DNA of 64,000 bases, taken from contig OZ244999.1 of NCBI GenBank assembly GCA_965223265.1, forward strand, positions 384,001 to 448,000, read 5' to 3'. Both the position numbers and the translations under genes were made by a program. Numbering within the stretch: the first letter of the stretch is position 1; each line of letters starts with the position of its first letter. The notes beneath the pieces are model-generated. The model saw nothing but the letters and a program-made list of their open reading frames with translations. It searched no databases and was not told where the DNA came from. Positions 1 through 10,700 of the stretch are shown one piece after another. Origin of the DNA: Planctomycetota bacterium. Its GTDB lineage: Bacteria; Planctomycetota; UBA8108; SXIK01.

Positions 1-1401
1 GCGCCTGCGGCAGTGTCCTCCGGAGTTCACAGCGCGTTGAGGGTGCTGCGCGAGCGTGGCGACTCACGTGCGGTTGATGCATTGAGCCATATCGCGTTTT
101 CGGAGAGCGACGACAAGGAAGCGCAGCGTCTTGCAATCGAAGCTCTGGGAGCGACACGGAGCCTCACTGCTGCGCCGGCTTTGATTCACGCGCTCGGAGC
201 ACCGGAACCGTCCGCCCGCGACGCGGCGGTCAATGCCCTCGCGCAGTTAGATGCCGACGAGGTCGGACCACAACTGCTCGACGCGGCGGCGAGCGCTGAG
301 AAACCGTCGGCTCGCGCTGCCGCTCTCCGCGCTCTCGGCCGCCTCGAGTTTGCGCCGGCGCTGTCGCTCATGCGCAAGGTGTATGGTGAGGCGACCACTG
401 AGACGGATCAGTCACGGCACGCGGCGCTCGAGGCGATCGCACGATTTGCGCATCCCGATGACCTTCCGCTCCTCTCTGAGGCGCTCGACTCCTCGTCCAC
501 CCAGGAGCGCCAAATCGCTGCGAAAGGGGCGCTGCGCCAGGCTGCACGACTTATCGGCGCTGCCGAACGTGACGCCGCGTCGGCGATTTACGTCGCTGTC
601 TTGACCGCCACCAAAGTCGAAGACGATCTGAGGCAGGCGCTGCGCGGCTTGTCGGAGGTTGGGCGACCAGGGGACCTCGCCAGCGTGATCCCGTTTTTCG
701 ATCGCAGCGCGCTGCAGCGGGATGCAGGGCGTGCAGCTTTGCGTCTTGCGGAGCGCCTCGCCCAGGACGACAGAGAGCGCGCCGTCGACGTACTTCGCAA
801 GATCACCGACCTCGACGTCGACGAGGCGACGGCGACACAAGCGGTACGTCGACTCGGCAGGTTGGGAGTCGAGATCAACCTGGCGCGTCAACGGGGCTGC
901 GTGACGCATTGGTGGATTTTGGGCCCGATTCCGGACTCAACCCAATCGCTTTGGGAGACGTCGCTGGCCGTTGAGCCGTCGGCACCAGAGGCGATAGCCG
1001 TTGAATCTCCCGTCGAGTACGACGGGGGCACTTACACATGGAAGCACTACCATACACCGAGTGTCTTCGGTCTCGTTGACATGCGGCGCGCGGGCTACTC
1101 GACAGCCCAGGCAGCGGCATACTTCTATGCTGAAGTGATCGTGCCGGCCGCGACGAAGGCCGTGCTGAGAATCGGCAGCGACGACCACGTCGCTTGTTGG
1201 CTCAACGGCGCTAAGATTCACTCGAACCGTGCCTTTCGACGACTGACGCCTGATCAGGACGACGTCGAAGCTCAGCTGCGCGCTGGGTCAAACTACGTCC
1301 TCCTCAAGGTGATCAACGTCGGGGGCGACTGGGGCGTCACGCTCCGATTCGCCGACCTTGATGGGAAACCTTTGGTATTCTCGGAAAAGACGACACCTTG
1401 A
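1..1401 (+). CDS. HEAT-repeat protein with a C-terminal beta-sandwich domain (probably 5' partial)
   Basis: Repeated helical motifs (AIEALG, AVNALAQL, ALRALGRL, ALEAIARF). C-terminal WWILGP...LRIGSDD...WLNG...N.VLLKV domain. The frame is open to the window edge. Confidence 0.75.
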   Translation, partial: APAAVSSGVHSALRVLRERGDSRAVDALSHIAFSESDDKEAQRLAIEALGATRSLTAAPALIHALGAPEPSARDAAVNALAQLDADEVGPQLLDAAASAEKPSARAAALRALGRLEFAPALSLMRKVYGEATTETDQSRHAALEAIARFAHPDDLPLLSEALDSSSTQERQIAAKGALRQAARLIGAAERDAASAIYVAVLTATKVEDDLRQALRGLSEVGRPGDLASVIPFFDRSALQRDAGRAALRLAERLAQDDRERAVDVLRKITDLDVDEATATQAVRRLGRLGVEINLARQRGCVTHWWILGPIPDSTQSLWETSLAVEPSAPEAIAVESPVEYDGGTYTWKHYHTPSVFGLVDMRRAGYSTAQAAAYFYAEVIVPAATKAVLRIGSDDHVACWLNGAKIHSNRAFRRLTPDQDDVEAQLRAGSNYVLLKVINVGGDWGVTLRFADLDGKPLVFSEKTTP

Positions 1402-1454
1402 CGCTGCAGCGCAGGGCTCGCAAGATTCGCGAGTGATCTTGTGTAGCGCTGCAG

Positions 1455-1552
1455 GATACGGCGACAGGTACGGAGTGACCGAAATGCTGACGCCCACGCC
1501 ACACGCACACCCACTCCCATACGCAATCGCAATCGCATTCGCGACGCCACGC
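1455..1552 (+). repeat. Degenerate bipartite hexamer repeat module (copy 1)
   Basis: GATACG GCGACA GGTACG GAG followed by decayed ACGCCC/ACTCCC/ACGCAA/ATCGCA units, in the same order as the cleaner modules. Confidence 0.6.
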
Positions 1553-1621
1553 GGAGCGTGCCCGCTACTTTTGGAGACGCTCACAAGCGCGCTCGGCGTC
1601 TCAGTGGCAACGCAAGGGACT

Positions 1622-1647
1622 GCGCCCGCCACGAACGCAGCGGGCGC
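1622..1647 (-). terminator. GC-rich hairpin 13 nt after the stop of the four-helix-bundle pseudogene
   Basis: GCGCCCGC...GCGGGCGC 8-bp inverted repeat with no clear U-tract. Same spacing as the hairpin after the intact paralog. Confidence 0.4.
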
Positions 1648-1660
1648 ACCGGCTGCACGC

Positions 1661-1985
1661 TCAGCGAGTCAGTCCGTAAAGAAGCGCCAAGGAGGCGATC
1701 GAGCGTCTCGAGAGGCGTCGTGGCTTTGCCCGGCTTCAGATCGCCCCCACGCCAGAGCCAGTCGAAGCGCCGTCTCCACCTCACGCGCGCTGCCGCGAGC
1801 GACGCGAAAGAGGTGCTGGCGTCTTTGCCACAGCGCTCGGCGCCTTGCGAGAGGTTGAGCGCGATCGAAGAAGCAGCACGCCGAAGCTGCCGATGGAGAT
1901 CGGGATCAAGCCTCCGAAGCCGCGCCAGAGGAGTCCGCAAATCGCCGATCAAACCGAGACTGACATCGAGAGCGATGAAACGCAT
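1661..1985 (-). pseudogene. Four-helix-bundle protein (23S rRNA IVP/TIGR02436, Avd-like), frameshifted
   Basis: QLRRAASSIALNLSQG motif and a GGAGG RBS. Correcting three 1-nt indels (about 1821, 1744-1748, about 1686) gives GKDRQHLFRVARGSAREVETALRLALAWGDL...LDRLLG.LLYGLTR*, 324 bp like the intact paralog at 20589. Confidence 0.8.
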
Positions 1986-2068
1986 GTGAAGCCTCCGAAG
2001 AAAAGGTGAGTCAAAGCCCGAGCACCGCGTACGCTCGACAAGACCGCCGCGGTACGGTGCCTCGTGTT

Positions 2069-2386
2069 ACAGAGACGGAGACAGAGACAGAGGCGGAGAC
2101 AGAGGCGGAGACAGAGACGGAGACAGAGACGGAGACAGAGACGGAGACAGAGACAGAGGCGGAGACAGAGACGGAGACAGAGACAGAGGCGGAGACAGAG
2201 ACGGAGACAGAGACGGAGACAGAGACGGAGACAGAGGCGGAGACAGAGGCGGAGACAGAGGCAGACACGGACCGCCGACGCAGACCCCACACGCCCACGC
2301 CCACGCAAACGCCCACGCAAACGCAAACGCAAACGCAAACGCAAACGCCCACGCCCACGCAAACGCAAACGCAAACGCAAACGCAA
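2069..2386 (+). repeat. Bipartite hexamer repeat module (copy 2)
   Basis: About 33 GAGACA/GAGACG/GAGGCG units (2072-2269), a short linker, then 16 ACGCCC/ACGCAA units (2291-2386). Confidence 0.97.
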
Positions 2387-2442
2387 ATCCGTCCGAAAAC
2401 AGCGGACGGTTCCCGGTCAGAACACGGACACGAGTCAGAGCG

Positions 2443-3468
2443 TCAAGACTGGTGGCTGCTACGACGCGGATCGAACGCCAACAGGCAAGCTGCCTGGTGT
2501 GAGCCGTCGGGAGGCCCGAGCGGTGGTGAGAGACTCCGGCAGTCGTCGAACACTTCCGGGCAACGCGGTGCGAATGGACAACCAACCGACGCCGAGAGGG
2601 CGGCCTCACCGCGCACTCGCTCGTGTGAGTGCCTGACGAGCTCAGGGTCGGGGATTGGAATTGCCTCGAGGAGTGCACGGGTGTACGGGTGGCGTGCGTC
2701 GCTGTAGATCTGATCAGCGGTGGCCAACTCGACGATGCGACCCAGGTACATGACGGCGACGCGGTGGCTCATCCGCTTGACGACGCTCAGATCGTGTGAA
2801 ATGAAGAGATAAGTGAGCCCGCGTCTTTGCTGCAGCTCGAGAAAGAGATTGAGCACTTGGCTACGAATCGATACGTCGAGCGCCGACACCGGTTCATCGC
2901 ATATGAGCAGGCGTGGGTCGAGCGCAAGTGCACGCGCGATTCCGATACGTTGTCGCTGTCCGCCGGAGAACTCATGCGGAAAGCGTTTAATCAACTTCGG
3001 ATCGAGCCCCACTTCTTCCATCAGCGTCTGGACACGTCGCTGGACTTCGCGTGGGTTACCCGACGTGTGGATTTCAAGCGGTTCGGCGATGATGCGGCCC
3101 ACCGTCATGCGTGGATTCAGCGACGCGTACGGATCTTGGAAAATCATCTGGACTGCAGATCGATAGCGTCGCCACCGTCGTCGCGACAGCCGCGTCAGTT
3201 CGACCCAGTCGGGCTCTTCTGAGTTTCCGGCATTGAACCACGCTTCCCCTGAACTCGTGGGGTACGCGCCGAGGACAACGCGCGACAGGGTCGACTTGCC
3301 GCAACCAGATTCTCCGACGAGGCCGAGCGTTTCTCCGCGCCGTAGTGCGAAACTGACGCCATCCACAGCCCGCACAGGTTCAGCGTTTGCGCGACCTCGA
3401 AACCGCTTCGACAAATCTCGAAGCACCAGAATATCGTCGTCGTGTTGTGGGGATTCAGGGATTGCCAT
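2443..3468 (-). CDS. oppF: Oligopeptide/dipeptide ABC transporter ATP-binding subunit
   Basis: GESGCGKS Walker A, FSGGQRQR signature, [14 protein letters not shown] and a C-terminal GCPFAPRCP. Confidence 0.93.
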   Translation of the reverse strand: MAIPESPQHDDDILVLRDLSKRFRGRANAEPVRAVDGVSFALRRGETLGLVGESGCGKSTLSRVVLGAYPTSSGEAWFNAGNSEEPDWVELTRLSRRRWRRYRSAVQMIFQDPYASLNPRMTVGRIIAEPLEIHTSGNPREVQRRVQTLMEEVGLDPKLIKRFPHEFSGGQRQRIGIARALALDPRLLICDEPVSALDVSIRSQVLNLFLELQQRRGLTYLFISHDLSVVKRMSHRVAVMYLGRIVELATADQIYSDARHPYTRALLEAIPIPDPELVRHSHERVRGEAALSASVGCPFAPRCPEVFDDCRSLSPPLGPPDGSHQAACLLAFDPRRSSHQS

Positions 3469-4492
3469 CGCTATGCTCGAGTTCGACGAGGCAGGCCTTT
3501 TGATGCTCTACAGAAGCCGCGTCTTCGCTCCCCTTGGCATTCTCATCGTTTGCGCTCAGTGAGGCAGCCTCGAGCGCAGGGTGTTCGACGAGACAACGCG
3601 GTATAGCGTGCGAGCAGCGAGGCTGAAACGCGCAGCCGCTTGGTAACTCCGTGAGATCCGGAGGGCGACCGGGGATCGCTTGCAGTTGTCCATGAGTTGG
3701 GTCGTCGAGGCGCGGGAAGGATCCGAGAAGAGCTTCCGTATACGGGTGCGCCGTTCGCTTGAACACGTCGACGCTGCGGCCCGTCTCGACGACGCTGCCG
3801 GCATACATCACGAGAAGGCGTTCGCAGAATCCTGCGACGACGCCCAAGTCGTGCGTGATCATGATGATTGCGGTGCCATGCTTGTCGCGAATTCGGCGCA
3901 GGAGGTCCAGAATCTGTGCCTGGATCGTCACGTCGAGTGCGGTCGTCGGTTCATCGGCGATGAGGACGTCGGGATTGAGAGCAATCGCCATGGCGATCAT
4001 GACTCGCTGGCGCATACCGCCTGAGAATTCATGGGGGTATTGGTTCAGTCGCTGCGCGGGTGATGGAATGCCAACTTCGTCGAGTAGCCGAATTGCTTCC
4101 CTGTTCGCCTCACTTCGCGCCATGCCGCGATGGATCACCAGTGGTTCACTGACTTGGTCGCCGATCGTCAGGAAAGGGTTGAGTGACGTCATCGGGTCTT
4201 GGAAGATCATCGCGATGCGATCGCCGCGGACAGCCCGCATCTGGTGGGCGCGTAGTGTCAGAAGGTTTTGGTCGCCCAGCCACACCTCGCCCGCTTCGAT
4301 CACCGCCGGCGGTTGAGGTAGGAGACCTAGAATACTCAAGCTCAGAACCGTCTTGCCGGAGCCACTCTCGCCCACCACGCCGACGATTTCACCGCGATCG
4401 AGAGACAGGTCGACGCCGTTGACGGCGCACACGATTCCGTCCGGTGTATGGAAGCGTGTGGTGAGTCCTTGTACGCGAAGGAGATCCGTCAT
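3455..4492 (-). CDS. oppD: Oligopeptide/dipeptide ABC transporter ATP-binding subunit
   Basis: [48 protein letters not shown]. Confidence 0.94.
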   Translation of the reverse strand: MTDLLRVQGLTTRFHTPDGIVCAVNGVDLSLDRGEIVGVVGESGSGKTVLSLSILGLLPQPPAVIEAGEVWLGDQNLLTLRAHQMRAVRGDRIAMIFQDPMTSLNPFLTIGDQVSEPLVIHRGMARSEANREAIRLLDEVGIPSPAQRLNQYPHEFSGGMRQRVMIAMAIALNPDVLIADEPTTALDVTIQAQILDLLRRIRDKHGTAIIMITHDLGVVAGFCERLLVMYAGSVVETGRSVDVFKRTAHPYTEALLGSFPRLDDPTHGQLQAIPGRPPDLTELPSGCAFQPRCSHAIPRCLVEHPALEAASLSANDENAKGSEDAASVEHQKACLVELEHSDGNP

Positions 4493-4519
4493 GTTGCGTT
4501 CGTCATGAGTCGTTAAGCG

Positions 4520-5959
4520 TTACCGCCGTCCGCGAGGGTCGAGTGCATCCCGCAGACCGTCGCCGGCGAAGTTCAGAGAGAAGAGCGTCAGGGAAATCGC
4601 TACAGACGGATAGAGCAGGACCCACCAGTAGGGGCGAATGGAATTGATCGCCTTGATGCCATCGGAAGCGAGTGATCCCCAGCTGCAGTGCGGCTCCGAG
4701 ACCCCGAGGCCGAGGAAGCTGAGGAAAGCTTCCGCTAGCATCAGTGTTGGAATCGTGAGTGTCGAATAGACGATGACCGGGCCCAAAAGGTTTGGGACGA
4801 TATGGCGGCGAATAATGCGAGAAGTGCTTGCTCCGGTCAGGCGTGCCGCAAGCACGAATTCCTGATTCCGCAGCGAAAGAACTTGTCCGCGGACGATGCG
4901 CGCCATGGTCAGCCAGTGCACTAACCCCAAAGCGAAAAACATGATCACGATCGGCGAGACGTGATCGGAGATGAAGACGGCTGCCCGAACGCCAAACGTT
5001 ATTCCGTGTTCCGCGGCGTACGCTGATGCGCTATCGCTCTCCTGATGTTCCAAGAGTCTTGTGTGTTCCTCGATGAGCGGGCGAAACTGACCTGCCGTTT
5101 GATCGATGCCGCTCTCGAGGCTCATGATGAGAATCACGAGAAACATGAACGGAATGCCGTAGAGAATGTCGACGACGCGCATCATGTAGTGGTCGATCTT
5201 GCCGCCGTGGTATCCGGCGACGCTACCCCAGGAAATCCCGATGACGATGGATACGACCGTTCCAACAAGGGCGACCAGAAACGAAATGCTGCCGCCGTAG
5301 AGCGTGCGGGCGAAGACATCTCGTCCGAGTCCGTCAGTTCCGAACCAGTGACGTGCGTCGGGGGCGCCGAACGTATTGCTCTTGTCAACTGCAGTGTGAT
5401 CGATGTGAAATCGAAAGAAGTCACTGCTCCAATTCAGCTCGGTGCCGACGGCGAAGAGGATCCGCTGTGAGACGCAAAGAAGCACCAGTGCGAGCAAAAG
5501 ACCGCAGCAAAGCGTCGCCAATCGATTCCTCTGAAATCTCCTGAGCGCATCCTTGAGAAGGGATGTCCCTTCGACAAGCTCGGGAGGGGAGTTGTCCGAC
5601 ACCGCCGCCGACATCGGAGGAGACTGCTTGGCTGTAGCCTGCCGGTCCTGGTCTCCCTCGTCCGAAACGGCAGGCGCGGACGCTTGCGATTTTCGTGACG
5701 TCGAGTTCTCCCGGCGAGAAGGTATACGCCGCGGCGACTGGCGGAGCATCTGCTCGCGTTCGCGCTGTGAGCGTACGTGGACCGTCGCGAACAGGTTGAG
5801 CGCCGCCCAGAGCGCCGCAGCGACGAACGGCCACGTACGCAGGCCATGCATCGGAACGAGACACAGGGCATAGAGCAGATTGCATGTCCACGAGAGAGGG
5901 ATCAGGTGCCACAGCGCGCGTGTCACGAAACTGCGAGTTTTCAGTTTTTCGGTGTTCAC
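4520..5959 (-). CDS. oppC: Oligopeptide ABC permease (start uncertain: GTG 5959 or ATG 5614)
   Basis: HWFGTDGLGRD, ARIVRGQVLSLRNQEFVLAA, EAFLSFLGLG, GDGLRDALDPR. Confidence 0.9.
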   Translation of the reverse strand: MNTEKLKTRSFVTRALWHLIPLSWTCNLLYALCLVPMHGLRTWPFVAAALWAALNLFATVHVRSQREREQMLRQSPRRIPSRRENSTSRKSQASAPAVSDEGDQDRQATAKQSPPMSAAVSDNSPPELVEGTSLLKDALRRFQRNRLATLCCGLLLALVLLCVSQRILFAVGTELNWSSDFFRFHIDHTAVDKSNTFGAPDARHWFGTDGLGRDVFARTLYGGSISFLVALVGTVVSIVIGISWGSVAGYHGGKIDHYMMRVVDILYGIPFMFLVILIMSLESGIDQTAGQFRPLIEEHTRLLEHQESDSASAYAAEHGITFGVRAAVFISDHVSPIVIMFFALGLVHWLTMARIVRGQVLSLRNQEFVLAARLTGASTSRIIRRHIVPNLLGPVIVYSTLTIPTLMLAEAFLSFLGLGVSEPHCSWGSLASDGIKAINSIRPYWWVLLYPSVAISLTLFSLNFAGDGLRDALDPRGRR

Positions 5960-5970
5960 TACTTTGGCAC

Positions 5971-6906
5971 TCAATTCGCGCTCTTTGAATCGAGCCGCAC
6001 GCGTGGATCCAGAAGGGCGTAAGAAATGTCCACGAGAAAGTTGAACACGCACAAGATTGTGCTGAAGACAACGACAGTCCCAAGGACGACATGGTAGTCG
6101 CGGTTGATCGCTGCCTTGACAAAGATCTTTCCAAGTCCGGGAAGGAAGAAAATCTGCTCGATGACCAAGGAGCCAGTGATGATCAAGGCGCCAGCAGGTC
6201 CTAAAAACGAGATCACCGGCAGAATGGCGCCGCGAAGTGCGTGTTTGATCACAACCTGCGACTCCGTCAGACCCTTCGCATAGGCTGTACGGATATAGTC
6301 TTCATTGAGAACCTCGAGCATCCCTACACGGGCCAGGCGACTGATGCGGGCGGCGAACGGCAGCGACAGGGCGATCGCTGGAAGGATCACGTCCTGATAG
6401 CTGTTCCAACCGGCGAGCGGTAGCCACGCTAACCAAAACACGAAGACGACGACGAGCAGCGTCGCAATGACGAAGTTGGGAAGTGACATGCCGAGAATTG
6501 CGAGAGACATGAGTCCGTAGTCGACCGCCGTGTTCTGGCGCAGAGCGGCGACGATGCCCGTGCTAAGACCGATCACTAGCGCCAAGGCGAGGGCGATGGA
6601 GCCGAGTGCGAGAGAGGTCGGTAGGCTTTGTGTGATGATGTCAGCGACGGTCTTGCCGCGGTACTTCATCGACGGGCCAAGATCCCCACGCACTAGGTTC
6701 TTGAGCCACAGGCCGTATTGAACCGACAGTGGCTGGTCGAGGTGATACTCGCGCATGCGGTTGCGCCTCACCTCTTCGCTCAGTGATTTCACCTCGTTGA
6801 GAAACGGGTCCCCCGGGGCGGCATGCACTAGAAAGAAAGAAATCGAGGCAACGAGCCATACGGTTACGACGACCCAAATCAATCGGTAAGCGATGACGCG
6901 CAGCAT
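5971..6906 (-). CDS. oppB: Oligopeptide ABC permease
   Basis: APGDPF, GDLGPS, DYIRTAYAKGL, KHALRGA, YALLDPRV. Confidence 0.93.
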   Translation of the reverse strand: MLRVIAYRLIWVVVTVWLVASISFFLVHAAPGDPFLNEVKSLSEEVRRNRMREYHLDQPLSVQYGLWLKNLVRGDLGPSMKYRGKTVADIITQSLPTSLALGSIALALALVIGLSTGIVAALRQNTAVDYGLMSLAILGMSLPNFVIATLLVVVFVFWLAWLPLAGWNSYQDVILPAIALSLPFAARISRLARVGMLEVLNEDYIRTAYAKGLTESQVVIKHALRGAILPVISFLGPAGALIITGSLVIEQIFFLPGLGKIFVKAAINRDYHVVLGTVVVFSTILCVFNFLVDISYALLDPRVRLDSKSAN

Positions 6907-7335
6907 GTCCGTCGGAGTCTCTCTTTTTCCCGGAAAGTACTGATTGCTCGTAGAAAGCGCAACCTTCTGCAGACAAATAGCAGCCCAAGCACCAGGAAGT
7001 GGAGGCCAAAGCGCGACTCAGACGCGACCCCGTCGGCAGCGACCGTGGACGAGGGGCGACGCAGGCACCGGCGTTCTCACGCGTCCTCCGAGGGCCGCAG
7101 AACTTTTCGAAAATGCACGAGGTTTCTCGGGCGTAACCAAACGTCGAAAAGGCTTTGAAATCCCGGGTGAAGTCGTCGGGCAGGCCGGCACCAAATGCCA
7201 AGTTCGAGGTGAGCATGCGGCCCAGTCCGGCGTGCTCACCCGACTGCGAGCGAACACCCACGGCTTGTGGTGGGTTGACGCGAAGCGCCGTTTTTGCTCG
7301 CCACTTTCCGAGCGGTTGGCGCTAAGATACCGATT

Positions 7336-7749
7336 ATGATAAGAAGAGCTTTGATTTGGACTGCAGTGTCTTTCCTTCTCGTCTTCGTCTCGGGTCCGCT
7401 AGCGGGGCAATGCTCGATGTGCGCCGAGGCGGTGGACAACGCCTCTCATGCCGACGGCGGCAGTCTTGCGGCGGGTTTCTATTGGAGCATCCTGTTTCTT
7501 CTTACCGTCTTGTTCGGATTGACGGGCGGACTGGTTGGCTTCATTGTCTTTGTTGCCCGGCGTGAGTCCGCGGCGCGCGAATTTGCCGCCCAGGCGGAGA
7601 AACAAAGTGAGGCGAACAGCGGTACTGACCTAGCACTGCGCGCTGCCGTCGACGAGGAACGTTCGCCTCTTCCGATCGGTGCTGACGGTGCTTCTGCTGT
7701 TTCGTCGCGCGCTACGGTGGGCACCGAAGTCTCGGTGTCGCGGGAGTAG
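7336..7749 (+). CDS. Small exported/membrane protein with a QCxMC motif
   Basis: Signal-like N-terminus, AGQCSMC motif, one TM helix (AAGFYWSILFLL...). Confidence 0.6.
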   Translation: MIRRALIWTAVSFLLVFVSGPLAGQCSMCAEAVDNASHADGGSLAAGFYWSILFLLTVLFGLTGGLVGFIVFVARRESAAREFAAQAEKQSEANSGTDLALRAAVDEERSPLPIGADGASAVSSRATVGTEVSVSRE

Positions 7750-7779
7750 CTTCTGAACTTGAGCGGTCGGTAGGTCGCC

Positions 7780-10700
7780 TTGACATTCACGCCGGAACGA
7801 GCGTCTGAGGCAGCACTCCCTCGCAGCGGGCATAGCAGCCTGTTGAAAAAAGTCATTCGGCCGAGAAACTGGCCTCTTCACGCCCAGACGGGCCGCGCCA
7901 ATACTCGCCATCAGAATCAAAAGAAGCGGGCCCGAAGATTGCCTCCGTTCGCCGCCGCCGATCTGGACGCGAAGAGACCAGTTTTCGACTCGAAGCACCC
8001 TTTTCAACAGGCTGATAGACGACGTGGGTGGTTGGGCGGAGGCTGCCAGATTTGGTCGTGCATTTTAGCTGGCGTTCTTTTGGTCTCGCCCAGCCTCTAT
8101 GACACCAAGGACATCGCCGCTCAGTCGCTGGTGGAGGTCGGCGAGGTTCGCGATCGGTTTGGCGCTGCGTGGCGGTGGCGTCTCCACGGCCGCGACGAGA
8201 GGCTTCGTCTCGGGACTGCGACGGCGCTCTACCAAGACCAAAAGAATTTCGTCTACGCTGCGACACACTTGGGGATCTTTCGCTACGACCTATGGTTCTG
8301 GGAGCAGCTCGCGCCACAACTGGCTGACGAAGTCCTCACGTTCGCAGAGTCGAACTCCGTTGTATATGCGTGTAGTCGAAGCGTCTTGTGGAAACTGCGG
8401 GGCGACCGTCTCGAAGTCGCCCATCAGGGTGACGAGCTCCTGCTTGCGGTCGAGGCGGACCGCAATGTGTTTCTGATTGACGGCGAGTCGAGGAAACACT
8501 ACCAGATTCACGGCGAGGTGTTGGATCTCGTCGATGGAGGGACACTTCCCAGCGGCAACTTCTTCGGTTATGCAGTAGCGCCCGACGGGCGCCATTGGCT
8601 GATTGCCGGCGGGGATCTCTACTCGCGTGACTTACGCGAGCCCGCCTGGGTGCCGTTGGAGCCGAATCAAGTTGCAGACGCGCTCGTGAACGCCAGGTGC
8701 GAACGGCTGTATCGGGTCGCCGAATCGCAGGTTCCCCGCCGCCGACGCATTGATCGACCGCCGTCCACAAGGCCGGGGGTGGAGCTGTGGGGTCTGTTCA
8801 AAGATTCCTCCCAAGGTCGAACGGTTCTCGGCGCGCTCCGTGATGACGAGTGGGTGCCGCTAAAAAGTGGCGACGACGTCCCGCGGCTGAAATCTGTGAA
8901 GCTTCAGCACGGGGGACTCTACTACGCTATCACCGACGACGGGGAGGTCATCGCGAGCGCAGACGCCGTCGACTGGCAGCAGCTGCCGCTCTCCGCGGTG
9001 GGGGAGTCATCGGCGATCACATCGCTTGTCGATACGAGTGGCTTCTTCTGGTTTTCACTTGGCGGCGGCGGCGTCGCGACTTTCGATCCTGACAGCGATC
9101 GCTGGACGCAGTTGCCAGTGGGAGGCCGGCGCGTGCAGAGCTTGATCGAAGCCACGACGGGGGATGGATGGGAGGTGTGGGCCGGGACCGACCGCGGCGT
9201 GTGGCGTTACCGCGTCGGAGAGGAGACACAGTCGTGGCCAAGTGCCCAAGGCACTGAACTGCGAAGGGTCACCGGGCTCTGCTACGACGAGGAGCGTGAG
9301 CGCGTGTGGGTCACGTCGGAACAGTTTTCTGGGATGCTCTACTTCGACGGCACTAACTGGCAGCGCTTCAGAGCGCCAGCGATCGGCGACGATCGCTTCA
9401 TCAAGGTCGTGAACGATTTCACGGGCGAGCTGTGGTTTTTGCCGCGAAGTAGGAGTGGAGAAGGCCAGCCGCGCTTCTACCGGCTTCTAACACCACCGGT
9501 CGACGCAATTCAGGTTGTCCGCTCGAACGAAGCGTATGACATTGTCGATCTCATACGAACAAACACTGACGAACTGTTTCTGGCGACGAATCGCGGCTTG
9601 CTGAACGGGCGCGTCGTCAACAACGGCGCTGCCGATTCTCATTTCGAGGTGATGCGGGCGTACTCAGTTGAAGATGGATTGCTGGGGCCATCGTTGTGGT
9701 CGGTGACAAGAGCGCTCGACGGTGCTATCTGGGTGAGTTACCGCGGTGAGTCGTCCGAGGTCACCCGCATATCGCCGGACGGTTCGGTGACGTCTTTCTC
9801 TGGGGCTGGCGGGCCAGTTTGGTCGATCACACCGGTCGGCGCAGATCTTTACTTCGGCACCGACTATGGCTTGACTCGCTTTGACGGAGTCTGCTTTTAC
9901 CGCCAGCGCGTTGCTTCCGCTGGTCTATCCAGCGGCGTTTGGCCGGTCGTTGTGTCGCGAGAGATCCCGGACTCGCTGCTCGTGGGAACTCTGAGCCAAG
10001 GCATTTGGAGGTTTCGCAACGACGACGACTTTCGTCCGCGATTTTCACCTTCCGACCTTCCAGCCACCGTACTTCTCGGCGAGGACGGCACAGGCCGCGA
10101 GACTTTCGAGTGGGATGCGCGCGACTACCGAGCTCAGTCTGAGCCGCAGGATCTCCAATTTCGCACCCGTTTCGATGGAGACGACTGGACGCTGTTTTCC
10201 GGCGACAGAATGCGGATTCTGGCGGGAATGCCGCCCGGCGAGCACACCTTCGAGATCGAAGTGCGCGACCTGGACGGCAACCCCAGCCGCGGTCCGTATC
10301 TCCACGAGTTCTCGGTACGACCGCGAGGAGGTGACTCGGAGCTTCTCACGCGCCTGGCGCTGGGCGCCGTGGCGATCGCGCTCCTCGTTGGCGTCCTCTT
10401 CATGGTTTCACGCAGTGTCGCGCGTCGACGTCGCGTCGAGCGTTACGTCGAGATGTTTCGCACTTGTCCGTTCCCAGTGTTCATTCTGGACGACAAATTA
10501 CGAGTGGTCGACTACAACGGCGCGAGCCCGGAGTTGATCGAGCTCGATGAGGACTCGATCGCGGCGGTGATCGGGCGTCCTTTGCGTCTGTTGCCGGCTT
10601 TTTCACATGAGCAGCTGGGTGAACGGCTGAAACGGATGTTGAGCGGAGAGGGATTCTTCCTGCGCGAACACCAATGGCTTCGTGGCGGAGTCGTCGAGAG

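Noticed and set aside
1949-2707. ORFs encoding poly-ET/TQ, poly-RQ/RK, poly-LR and poly-SV peptides (also at 19395-21303 and 61189-61876)
   Set aside because: All frames are open only because the hexamer repeats lack stop codons. There is no credible RBS or start and no domain content.
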